DNA of 64,000 nucleotides from Candidatus Levyibacteriota bacterium (GTDB lineage Bacteria; Patescibacteriota; Microgenomatia; Levybacterales; UBA12049), in contig CAWBPM010000003.1 of NCBI GenBank assembly GCA_963790825.1, forward strand, positions 189,681-253,680, given 5' to 3'. The translations under genes and the position numbers were made by a program. Below, piece after piece: positions 50,204 to 59,452 of the stretch. The notes beneath the pieces were generated by a model. The model worked only from the letters and a program-made list of their open reading frames with translations. It made no database searches and was not told the origin of the DNA. Position 1 is the stretch's first letter, and every line of letters starts with the position of its first letter.

Positions 50204-52573
50204 ATGAAACTGTCCATTCCAATCTTAGGCGGAAAAAAAGAGAAAACCGAGTATTTTCTCGCTCTCCTTCTTCGGGACACAAAAGCAAGTGCGGTAATTC
50301 TGGAAGAAACAGGAAAAAAGCTTAAAATTATCAGTTCTCATGAAGAGTATTTCACAACTTCTATTGAAGATGCGCCGTTTGAGGAGTGGCTTCAGGTCCT
50401 TGATAAAACTATCAGTCAAGCTGAAGAAACGCTTCCTCCGACTATTGAAAGTCATAAGACAGTCTTCGGTGTAAAAGACAGTTGGATAGAAGAGAAAAAA
50501 ATTAAAAAAGACTACCTTGTTAAACTTAAAAAAGTTTGTGAAAGTCTGGATCTTTCACCGATTGGTTTTCTCATAATCAGTGAAGCGATCGCCCATCTCA
50601 TTCAAGATGAAGAAGGTGCTCCTTTAACCGCAATTCTGGCTGAAGTTACCAAGTCTCAAGTAACCATCTCGCTTTTTAGAGCCGGAAAATTGACAGAAAC
50701 CAAACATAAAGCAATTACAACATCCCCCGCAGAAATAACTGATAATTTGCTGAGAGAGTTTGAAACCGTTGAGGTTTTACCGTCACGGATTATTTTGTTT
50801 GACGGCAGCCTTACCGAGGATTTGGCACAGCAATTTATCATTCATAAATGGAGTAAAAGCCTACCGTTTTTGCATATGCCGCAGATTTCTATACTCCCCC
50901 AAGGTTTTGATGCTAAGGGGGTCGTTTTCGGTGCTGCCACACAAATGGGGTTTGAGGTGCTAAATACGGGAGAAAAATCAGTAATTAAAACTTTCGCGTC
51001 TACAGTTGAAGAGGAACAAAAAGAAGACGCTGAAGAAGAGCCTTTCATTTCCTCTGAAGTGAAACCTATGGGCGGACATGTGGTTATTCCGGCAGAACCG
51101 GAGGACGAAAAACAAGATACGGAGAAAGAAGCTTCAGAAAAAATTGGGCAAACAGCCACTTGGGAGTTTGGCTTTATGACAGACCAGGATGTCGCAGATT
51201 TACCGCGCCCAGAATCTCACCCCCCAGGTGAAGACCATGAATCTGAAGGGACAAGCGAAACACACATCCCATTCTCAGGGGAGAGAGAGCATACTCTCGC
51301 CTATCAGATGCGAGGTAAATCAGAAAACTCTCTGGAAATGCCGGAAAAATCCGCGACAAGACAATTTCCAAAGTTTCATCTGTCAGGTCTAAAACTTCCT
51401 TCTCTTACATTTCCACCGCTACCGTTTCTTACGGGGCGTAATAAATCTTTTATTCTTCTTCCACTCGTCTTACTGCTTCTTATCGGGATTATTGTCTTGT
51501 ATGTTTTTATGCTTCATGCAACGGTTGTTCTGCATCTTAATCCAAAACAGTTCTCAGATACAGAGACAATCAGTTTCTCCATTGATGGAAATAATGATTT
51601 TTCCAGTAATATTATCGCTGCGCAAAAAATATCTACGACGCTTAAAGGCAGTGTATCCACTGATACTACCGGCAAAAAAAATATTGGCGATAAAGCAACG
51701 GGTACAATCACTATCTTTAACAGTTCTGATAATTCCCAGCAGTTAAATGCAGGTACTACGATTACCTCCCAAAACGGACTTAATTTTACGACGGATAAAG
51801 ACGTAACTGTTGCTTCGGCTTCGGGCGATATTTTTTCAGGCATTGAGTCAGGAACAACTGATGTTCCGGTTACCGCAAGTACATTTGGAACAGAATATAA
51901 TCTCCCCTCAGGTACTACATTTTCTCTCGGCGGTAGTTCCACACTTGCCGGTAAAAACAGTAACGCATTTTCAGGTGGAACAAAAAAGACTATCGTTATC
52001 GTAACGAAAGCTGACGAGAATCAATTACTCGCTCAATTACCCAAAAGCCTGGAACAACAAGCGAAAGATGCGTTGTCGAAAAAAATCAGTAGTGATCAGA
52101 CAATTTTACCTTTTATTCTTAGCGAATCTTTCAATAATAAAACATTTGATAAAAATATCGGAGATCAATCCTCCACGGTGACGTTAAATGGCTCTGTCTC
52201 CTTTTCGGAAGCGGTATATAAAAATAGTGATATCCATGATTTCGCGACAACATTGATGAAAAACAAAAGCAATAGTAACTTACAGCTCGATGAAAAAGGT
52301 ATTCAAACATCAGTCGCTAATCTCAAGCAGAAGAATGATACGACAATTAACGCTCCGCTTTCCCTGAAAGCCGGATTGCTGCCGCAAATCGACCAGGCTA
52401 AAATTATTCAGGAGATCACCGGTAGCTCAGTTAGGGACGCAACCACCAGGCTTTCAAAACTGCCGCAAGTTGAAAGTGTCGATATAAACTTATCGCCGAA
52501 TATTCCGTTCTTACCGAAGTTTCTACCCAGAATAATGAATCATATTACACTGACAGTTGACAGCAATGGTTAA
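50204..52573 (+). CDS. Large bitopic membrane protein: cytoplasmic N-terminal domain (possibly actin-like/PilM-FtsA-like), acidic linker, TM helix, long Ser/Thr-rich extracytoplasmic region
   Basis: 789 aa; single TM SFILLPLVLLLLIGIIVLYVFML near residue 410. N-terminal YFLALLLRDTKASAVILEE resembles the start of actin-fold ATPases (weak). The C-terminal half is low-complexity S/T/N-rich. Confidence 0.35.
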   Translation: MKLSIPILGGKKEKTEYFLALLLRDTKASAVILEETGKKLKIISSHEEYFTTSIEDAPFEEWLQVLDKTISQAEETLPPTIESHKTVFGVKDSWIEEKKIKKDYLVKLKKVCESLDLSPIGFLIISEAIAHLIQDEEGAPLTAILAEVTKSQVTISLFRAGKLTETKHKAITTSPAEITDNLLREFETVEVLPSRIILFDGSLTEDLAQQFIIHKWSKSLPFLHMPQISILPQGFDAKGVVFGAATQMGFEVLNTGEKSVIKTFASTVEEEQKEDAEEEPFISSEVKPMGGHVVIPAEPEDEKQDTEKEASEKIGQTATWEFGFMTDQDVADLPRPESHPPGEDHESEGTSETHIPFSGEREHTLAYQMRGKSENSLEMPEKSATRQFPKFHLSGLKLPSLTFPPLPFLTGRNKSFILLPLVLLLLIGIIVLYVFMLHATVVLHLNPKQFSDTETISFSIDGNNDFSSNIIAAQKISTTLKGSVSTDTTGKKNIGDKATGTITIFNSSDNSQQLNAGTTITSQNGLNFTTDKDVTVASASGDIFSGIESGTTDVPVTASTFGTEYNLPSGTTFSLGGSSTLAGKNSNAFSGGTKKTIVIVTKADENQLLAQLPKSLEQQAKDALSKKISSDQTILPFILSESFNNKTFDKNIGDQSSTVTLNGSVSFSEAVYKNSDIHDFATTLMKNKSNSNLQLDEKGIQTSVANLKQKNDTTINAPLSLKAGLLPQIDQAKIIQEITGSSVRDATTRLSKLPQVESVDINLSPNIPFLPKFLPRIMNHITLTVDSNG

Positions 52574-53291
52574 ATATTACAGCAAACATAAATCTCTCAA
52601 CATACGAATTATTATCCGATCAATAAGTTTGGGGGTGTCCCTGTGCGGATTATTGTCGCTCATGTACTTTGCACTTCCACTTCTCTCCTGGCAACTTTAC
52701 CTCGCTCCTGCGTTCGCTTCGCAAAACTTGGCGCTTCCAATTCCGAAAACGACTGTTATAAGCGGGCCTAGCATTACAAGTCTTGTTCAGTCGACAGCAA
52801 GTGTTATTTCGGGAACTGATTATTCTGATGCTTCCAATTGGTTCCCAAGCTACAAAGATGTGAATATCGTTACCACCCAGACAACCTATCTTCTCTCAAT
52901 TCCAAAAATCAACGTTTATAATGCTGTCGTTTCAACTGCCGATACAAACCTCAATATACATCTCGTTCATTACGGAGGAACCCCGCTTCCTCCAAACAAC
53001 GGTAATGCAATTATTTTTGGACATTCTACGCTTCCGCAGTTATTTGATCCAAAAAACTATAAAACTATTTTTGCTAATGCGCATTTACTGCAGGTCGGCG
53101 ATACCGTTACCGCGACAATTAACGGCGTTGGGTATGAATATAAAATCTACCAGATAGTTATCATAGATCCTGAGGATACGAGTATGCTTGCGCAGGATTT
53201 CAGTGACAGTTTTATTACACTTGTCACCTGCACACCACCCGGAACGACCTGGAAAAGGCTGGTCATCAGAGCCAGACTTGAAAAATTATAA
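52557..53291 (+). CDS. Sortase-family transpeptidase
   Basis: N-terminal TM; catalytic AIIFGHS (His) and TLVTCTPPG (TLxTC Cys motif), followed by a downstream Arg (RLVIRAR). Confidence 0.7.
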   Translation: MTAMVKYYSKHKSLNIRIIIRSISLGVSLCGLLSLMYFALPLLSWQLYLAPAFASQNLALPIPKTTVISGPSITSLVQSTASVISGTDYSDASNWFPSYKDVNIVTTQTTYLLSIPKINVYNAVVSTADTNLNIHLVHYGGTPLPPNNGNAIIFGHSTLPQLFDPKNYKTIFANAHLLQVGDTVTATINGVGYEYKIYQIVIIDPEDTSMLAQDFSDSFITLVTCTPPGTTWKRLVIRARLEKL

Positions 53292-53465
53292 TCATTCCGG
53301 TTACAATAAATTAGTTATGTGGGAAAGAAATAGATACCAAGCGCTTTTGATTCGAGTTTGGCCAACCATAAATCATGCAATTAACGGAACACTTTATTTT
53401 CTCTACTCAGTAACAAAAAGCAGTTTTAAGCTGGCTTGGGAACAAATTAAAGGAAGCTTCCACAC

Positions 53466-54740
53466 ATGACAGAAGAAGAATTGGCGCTCGACAGTATACG
53501 GAAAAAACTCGTCGGAAAAACACTTACTTACCAAGAAATTTACGCAATCATGGATGAAATTGCACACAAAAGGCTTGGTAGTGTTTTGACGACATATTTT
53601 GCTGCCTCAGGATACGCTAAAGGCTTTTCAGATGAAGAAATTTATTTTCTCACGAAGGCTATGGTCGAAACCGGTGAAAGACTTCAATTCAAGGGAATTG
53701 TGGCAGACAAGCATTCAATTGGCGGAGTACCCGGAACCAGAACAACGATGATCGTGGTTCCGATTGTGGCTGCAGCAGGATTTACAACTCCGAAAAGTTC
53801 CAGTCGTGCCATTACTACACCCGGCGGTACTGCGGATGATATGGAGGTATTGGCTCCGGTTACTTTTAGCAAAGAGCAAATTTATAAAATCGTTAAGGAA
53901 ACAAGCGGTTGTATTGTGTGGGGAGGCAGCTTTCATATTGCTCCTGCCGATGATGTTCTTATCAAAGTTGAATCACCGCTGATGTTTGAAAGCTATGATA
54001 AAATTCTGGTTTCTATTATGGCTAAAAAAATTGCTTTCGGTTCAAATCATGTCATTATCGATTTACCTTACGGAGAATATGTAAAATTACACAGGTTAGT
54101 AGATGCAGAGCTTCTGGCTGAAAAATTTAAAAAGCTTGCCCAGCGATTTGGTATTAAAATCAGTGTTCTGATCCACAAAACCAATGAACCGGCAGGGCGG
54201 GGAATTGGACCTGTTCTAGAAGCACGGGAAGCACTCCGCGTTCTTGAACAAACTGATGACCGTCCAAAAGACCTTGAAGAACGGTCGCTTAATTTAGCAG
54301 GAGAGCTTCTCAATCTTTGTCTCAGTGATGCACCTGAAACGCTCAGGCAAAAAATTAAAAGCGAATTTGCTACTCCGACCGGTTGGGCTTCCTATATTCT
54401 AACCTCCGGTCATGCGCATAAAAAAATGCAAGAGATTATAAAAGCCCAGGGGGGCAACCCAGATATACGCAGTAATGAATTAAAACCGGCTAAACTTTCT
54501 TACAAGGTCCAAGCAAAAACTGATGGAAAAATAAAAAAAATCAACTGTAAAAATATCTCCCTACTGGCCAAGATACTGGGTAACCCGGCTGAAAAAGAGG
54601 CAGGCATGTACCTGAATAAAAAAATCGGCGACACTGTTTCTCGGGGAGAAACCGTTTGTACTTTTTTTGCAAATAACGAACATAAACTAAAAGAAGCAGC
54701 AGAATCGCTCTCGAATTTTCCTATTATGTCTGTTGAATAA
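53466..54740 (+). CDS. Thymidine/AMP phosphorylase-family (glycosyltransferase family 3) enzyme
   Basis: LTYQEIYAIMDEI (N-terminal helical domain), DKHSIGGVPGTRTTMIVVPIVAAAG, ITTPGGTADDMEV. These are pyrimidine-nucleoside phosphorylase motifs. Confidence 0.7.
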   Translation: MTEEELALDSIRKKLVGKTLTYQEIYAIMDEIAHKRLGSVLTTYFAASGYAKGFSDEEIYFLTKAMVETGERLQFKGIVADKHSIGGVPGTRTTMIVVPIVAAAGFTTPKSSSRAITTPGGTADDMEVLAPVTFSKEQIYKIVKETSGCIVWGGSFHIAPADDVLIKVESPLMFESYDKILVSIMAKKIAFGSNHVIIDLPYGEYVKLHRLVDAELLAEKFKKLAQRFGIKISVLIHKTNEPAGRGIGPVLEAREALRVLEQTDDRPKDLEERSLNLAGELLNLCLSDAPETLRQKIKSEFATPTGWASYILTSGHAHKKMQEIIKAQGGNPDIRSNELKPAKLSYKVQAKTDGKIKKINCKNISLLAKILGNPAEKEAGMYLNKKIGDTVSRGETVCTFFANNEHKLKEAAESLSNFPIMSVE

Positions 54741-54745
54741 ATGTT

Positions 54746-55702
54746 ATGAGGAAGTTTTTTCGTTTTTTACTTATTATTATTTTTCTTGGGGGAATTGGTT
54801 TTATATGCTGGAGTTATGAGCTGCAACCCGCAGACAGCAGTAATTACTCATCCCAAATTTTTACCATAACACCCGGGGAGGGTGTCAAACAAATAGGCAC
54901 AAGCCTGGAAAGCAAGGGATTAATCAAAAACTCTCTTGCATTTTATTTGTTCGTTAAGCAGTCAGGAATTGAAAATAAGATCCAAGCCGGAGATTTTCAG
55001 CTATCTCCATCTTTAAGCTTGAAGCAAATCGCAAATAAATTAACGGCAAATACGCTTGATATCTGGGTAACAATTTCTGAAGGAAAACGCGCAGAGGAAA
55101 TTGCCGATCTTTTCGAAAGTAAATTACCTCATTTTAGCCAGTCCTGGAGAAAAGCATTGGACAAAGAGGAAGGATATCTCTTTCCCGATACCTATCTTAT
55201 CCCCCACGGAGCTGATATTAAGCAAATTGTTTCCCTCATGAAAAATAATTTTGCTAAGAAATATGCCAGTATTGATCCAAATCCTGATAGCAAACTTAGT
55301 CAACAAGAGATTGTGACGATTGCTTCAATGGTCGAACGTGAAGCACGGTTCCCCGATGATCAACCATTAGTAGCATCGGTTATTCTCAATCGATTAAATC
55401 TTGGTATGCCGCTTCAGATTGATTCTACAATCCAGTACGCGCTTGGCTACCAAACAGGGGAGAATACATGGTGGAAAAAAAAGCTAACTTTGAATGACTT
55501 GGAGATTGACTCACCGTATAATACTTATACTCAGACAGGGCTTCCCCCTACCCCTATCGCAAATCCTGGTTTAGGTGCCTTAAAAGCAGCAGTTCACCCG
55601 GCAGATACTTCATATTTATATTATATTTCGGATAAATACGGACATAATCACTATGCAAAAACGTTGAGCGAGCAGAATGCAAATATACAAAAGTATGAGT
55701 AG
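54746..55702 (+). CDS. mltG: Endolytic murein transglycosylase MltG (YceG-like)
   Basis: N-terminal TM; GYLFPDTYLIP and the catalytic-region IVTIASMVEREAR are typical of the YceG/MltG family. Confidence 0.7.
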   Translation: MRKFFRFLLIIIFLGGIGFICWSYELQPADSSNYSSQIFTITPGEGVKQIGTSLESKGLIKNSLAFYLFVKQSGIENKIQAGDFQLSPSLSLKQIANKLTANTLDIWVTISEGKRAEEIADLFESKLPHFSQSWRKALDKEEGYLFPDTYLIPHGADIKQIVSLMKNNFAKKYASIDPNPDSKLSQQEIVTIASMVEREARFPDDQPLVASVILNRLNLGMPLQIDSTIQYALGYQTGENTWWKKKLTLNDLEIDSPYNTYTQTGLPPTPIANPGLGALKAAVHPADTSYLYYISDKYGHNHYAKTLSEQNANIQKYE

Positions 55703-55708
55703 TAGATA

Positions 55709-56158
55709 TTATTTTCTTTTGAAAAAGCGGCGGATTGTACTCGTTTTTTGAGTCTCATGTTTTACTTTTACTTCCCCATGCGGTTCGTTTTTTAAGTCTT
55801 TGTGTGTAGATTTTTCTTGATTTTCCGGATTATTGACTTCTTTATCTGTTTTTTCCGCTTTTACTGTTTGCTCCGGGCTCTTTTCTGTTTCTTTAAGGTC
55901 AATTTTTACTTCCTCTTCATCTTCATCATCAACAACTTCTTCCATCCCGTCTTCATCAGTTTTTTCGAAGAGTTTTTCCTGCTCATTTGTAATGACCTCT
56001 TCAAGATCTGAAAACTTATTTAATCCCTCATCGATAATATTTCGCAGTAGCTCACGGCCTTTTTTCGTGGTTAAGAGGAGGGTTAATACAATTCCTAACA
56101 AGAATCCAAGAAAAAAACCACCTCCGCGTGTTTGGTCGCATGTACATTTATGATCCAT
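55709..56158 (-). CDS. Membrane-anchored acidic hypothetical protein
   Basis: N-terminal TM (FFLGFLLGIVLTLLLTT), highly acidic/lysine-rich tail. Confidence 0.35.
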   Translation of the reverse strand: MDHKCTCDQTRGGGFFLGFLLGIVLTLLLTTKKGRELLRNIIDEGLNKFSDLEEVITNEQEKLFEKTDEDGMEEVVDDEDEEEVKIDLKETEKSPEQTVKAEKTDKEVNNPENQEKSTHKDLKNEPHGEVKVKHETQKTSTIRRFFKRK

Positions 56159-56160
56159 TT

Positions 56161-56463
56161 TTACTCCTTTTTGTGCTTGTGTTCTGAAGATTCTTTTCCA
56201 TCCCGGCTTAATAACGATCTGACCAGCTTAACGAGAACCAGAATCGATCCTCCTTTTAAGCTGCCCACAAGTGCAGATACCGTTGCCAGAGGACCCGACA
56301 CACTATCTGTCAGATTATTGGCATTGTCCAAAACATGATTTGCTTTTCGAATCGTTTTATGGAAATCTGTTAGAATAAAAAATACTTGAATTCCCAGAGC
56401 TACCAGAAGAACAGTTAAAATAATAATAACGATTAGCAAAACGAGTTGGACAGAATCAATCAT
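56161..56463 (-). CDS. Small membrane protein (DUF948-like?)
   Basis: 100 aa with an N-terminal TM. Tightly linked to the downstream gene. Confidence 0.3.
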   Translation of the reverse strand: MIDSVQLVLLIVIIILTVLLVALGIQVFFILTDFHKTIRKANHVLDNANNLTDSVSGPLATVSALVGSLKGGSILVLVKLVRSLLSRDGKESSEHKHKKE

Positions 56464-56530
56464 ATTATTTAGTTTACCCTCCCCACCTCATCTATGTCAA
56501 GAATGAAATGGGTAAGAAAAAGCGTTGATT

Positions 56531-57160
56531 TTACCTTACCGTTATTTTGCGTTCAATTACCGTTTCTTTGCCAAACGTGTTTTTTGCAATGATTCTGATA
56601 ATTGATGGTCCGGGAAAAATAGTCAGATGCTTAGTAAATTTACCGTCCGAGTCAAGCGCAACCTGATTATTATTGATCGAGACATCTGAACTGCTTTCGG
56701 CTTTCCCTATGACAATTACATCTGAGGAAACTACTGCATTATTTTTTGGCGAACTTACACTAAGACCGGGATTCATAAAAACCGCACGATATTGGAAAAG
56801 TAAAAATCCTGTCAGGAGAAGAAAAATACCAACCAGTACAAAAAAAGTGCCCGAGAAATGAATTTTATGAATATTAATTGGTTTCTTTTCCGTCATCTCT
56901 AAAGGCAAAACTTTTACGTCTTTATCTGTTGCAAATTCACGTCGGAAAAGCGGCAATATGTCTTTTTTGGAAAGTCCCAAAAATTCAGCATAGGTAATTA
57001 CAAATCCTTCGGCATAGGTAGGAGAGGGTAGCTTCTGATATTCTCCTTTTTCAATCGCCTGAAGAAAGGCCGGCCGAATTTTAGTCTCAGCAGCAACGGC
57101 GTCAATAGTTAATTTTTTACGTACACGTTCATCGTGCAGCTTCTGGTACACTCGAATCAT
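56531..57160 (-). CDS. rodZ: RodZ-like cytoskeleton protein (XRE-type HTH + TM)
   Basis: N-terminal HTH LTIDAVAAETKIRPAFLQAIEKGEY..., then a single TM and an extracytoplasmic beta-rich domain. Confidence 0.55.
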   Translation of the reverse strand: MIRVYQKLHDERVRKKLTIDAVAAETKIRPAFLQAIEKGEYQKLPSPTYAEGFVITYAEFLGLSKKDILPLFRREFATDKDVKVLPLEMTEKKPINIHKIHFSGTFFVLVGIFLLLTGFLLFQYRAVFMNPGLSVSSPKNNAVVSSDVIVIGKAESSSDVSINNNQVALDSDGKFTKHLTIFPGPSIIRIIAKNTFGKETVIERKITVR

Positions 57161-57205
57161 ACTAAGATTTTCTTGTGAAAGTTCACTTATGCAATATGCA
57201 GATAC

Positions 57206-59350
57206 TTATTGCATTTGTTGGTTTTGTAAGAACTCTTCGGCATTACGAACGAGCACATCCCGCGGTTTTGAACCTTCGGCATGCCCGACAACTCCTGCTT
57301 CTTCCAATTGATCAAGAATTCTGGCAGCCCGTGAATAGCCGATTGACATTTTGCGCTGCAGGAAGGATGCGGAGGCGGTATCAAATTGACAAACAAGTCT
57401 CACTACATCTTCAAACATCTCGTCTTTCTCGCCCAGACCACCTGCTCCGCTACTCCTACTGTTCTTACTGTTTACTTGCTGAGTAAGAATCTCTTCTGTG
57501 TATTCAACCGGAAAATTTTTGGCTTTCAGAAAATCTACCAGATTCTTAATTTCCCTCTCCGAAACAAATGCTCCCTGAATACGGGTCGGTTTTGCCTGGT
57601 CAGGAGGAATATAAAGCATATCCCCTCTTCCCAGTAGTTTCTCGGCGCCGGGTGAATCCAGGATAACTCGAGAATCCATCATTGAAGATACGTTAAAAGC
57701 AATACGGGTAGGAATATTCGCTTTAATAAGGCCTGTGATAACATTAACCGAGGGACGCTGGGTAGAAATTACCAGGTGAATACCAACCGCACGTGCCATT
57801 TGGGCAAGTCTGGTTACGGTATCTTCAACTTCAACCGGTGCAAACATCATCAAATCCGCCAGTTCATCGACAATAATTATGATAAACGGCATTGCCTGAA
57901 AACCCGAAAGTTCATTATATGCATCAATATTTCTAACTCCCCGCTCTGCAAAAATCCTATACCGTCTATCCATTTCCCCTGTTGCCCACTTCAGAGCAGA
58001 TAAAATTTTCTCAACTTCGACAATGACCGGTGTTAAAAGATGAGGAATATGGTTGTATCCGGTGAATTCGACCCGTTTGGGATCAATCATAATAAGCTTT
58101 ACCTCTGTCGGCGATGCGCGGAAAAGAAGTGTCGCGATAAATGCATTCAGAAGAACCGACTTGCCTGAACCGGTTGTACCGGCTATAAGAACATGCGGCA
58201 TTCTCGCGATATCGACAACCAGCGGATTACCCGATACATCAAGTCCCATCGCTACTGTTAATTTCGACCGGCTTTTCTGCATAGTGTTAGACGAGAGCAT
58301 AGTCCGAAGCGTTACCAGTTCCAGTGAGCGATTGGGAATTTCGATACCGATTAAGTTTCTCCCCGGAATCGGCGCTTCGATACGAATTTGACCTGTAGGC
58401 GCTTCTGTAGCAAGCGCCAGATCATTTGCCAAGGCTGTGATTTTCGAAACTTTTGTCCCCAGAGCAATTTCGAGCGCATACTGGGTAACTGCCGGACCTA
58501 AGTTTACCTCCGCTACTCTGGCTTCTATTCCAAAACTCTGGAGAGTTTTTTCTATTACCGAGGCTACTTTATTAATATCTCCTCTGTCTGCTTTTTTTCC
58601 GGAGCTTTCAGAAAGCAAAGACAGGGGCGGATGTTCCCAAATTCCGGGTCCTACATTTGTCAACACATTTGCAACTAGTTTATCCGTCAATCCATCCTGA
58701 TCTTTTTTTTGTACTTTCGGGTCTTCACCGGGTTTTTTCTGAAAAGGCAAGGGCTGCTGTTCTACATCTTTTTGTCCGCCTTTTATAGTAATCGGTCTGT
58801 TCCGGTTAAATGTATGTCTTCCTCCGGCGAAGGAAAAAAGCTTCATGGGCACTAGCCGGTGAGTATTTTTCCCAATTATTCCAAGCACTTGTAGAATTTC
58901 GTCAATTGACGTATCAAAAAAGACAATATTTCCTACGATGAAACCGGTAATAAAAACAATATCCGCACCGGGTACAGTAAGAATTTCTTTGAAGACAGTA
59001 AAGAGCTGTGTACCGATACTGCCGGTACGGGAAAGTCCCAGAAGAGAGATAAAAAGCACTAAAAATCCGACTGCAACATTGACGCGCGAGATGTAGATTT
59101 TCAGCCTGAGAAACAGAAAACCGAAGAATACAAGATTGAGAGGAAAAATAATTCCCAACCATCCAAACTTATCCGATAAAAAGGTATGAATACGAACTAA
59201 TTCTCTGCTATTAGTGAATGAAAGAAAAAGAAGCGTTGCAAATAGAAGAAGGAGTAAGCCGGTAACCGTATAGACAGTTGTTTTCTTAAGCTTAAATTTC
59301 ACTTTCCTGTATGATCTTCTTCTCCTTCTAACTAATTTTCTTGCGGGCAT
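57206..59350 (-). CDS. ftsK: DNA translocase FtsK/SpoIIIE
   Basis: N-terminal TM helices. Motor domain LIAGTTGSGKSVLLN (Walker A), IIVDELADLM (Walker B). C-terminal gamma-like domain. Confidence 0.9.
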   Translation of the reverse strand: MPARKLVRRRRRSYRKVKFKLKKTTVYTVTGLLLLLFATLLFLSFTNSRELVRIHTFLSDKFGWLGIIFPLNLVFFGFLFLRLKIYISRVNVAVGFLVLFISLLGLSRTGSIGTQLFTVFKEILTVPGADIVFITGFIVGNIVFFDTSIDEILQVLGIIGKNTHRLVPMKLFSFAGGRHTFNRNRPITIKGGQKDVEQQPLPFQKKPGEDPKVQKKDQDGLTDKLVANVLTNVGPGIWEHPPLSLLSESSGKKADRGDINKVASVIEKTLQSFGIEARVAEVNLGPAVTQYALEIALGTKVSKITALANDLALATEAPTGQIRIEAPIPGRNLIGIEIPNRSLELVTLRTMLSSNTMQKSRSKLTVAMGLDVSGNPLVVDIARMPHVLIAGTTGSGKSVLLNAFIATLLFRASPTEVKLIMIDPKRVEFTGYNHIPHLLTPVIVEVEKILSALKWATGEMDRRYRIFAERGVRNIDAYNELSGFQAMPFIIIIVDELADLMMFAPVEVEDTVTRLAQMARAVGIHLVISTQRPSVNVITGLIKANIPTRIAFNVSSMMDSRVILDSPGAEKLLGRGDMLYIPPDQAKPTRIQGAFVSEREIKNLVDFLKAKNFPVEYTEEILTQQVNSKNSRSSGAGGLGEKDEMFEDVVRLVCQFDTASASFLQRKMSIGYSRAARILDQLEEAGVVGHAEGSKPRDVLVRNAEEFLQNQQMQ

Positions 59351-59452
59351 AGATGTATTATAAGTACAAGAGAACTAGAACGCAAATATGTTAATACACT
59401 AAAGTTTTTCTTGTAATGATATGAAAAATAGAAAGTAAATTAGTAAATCGGA

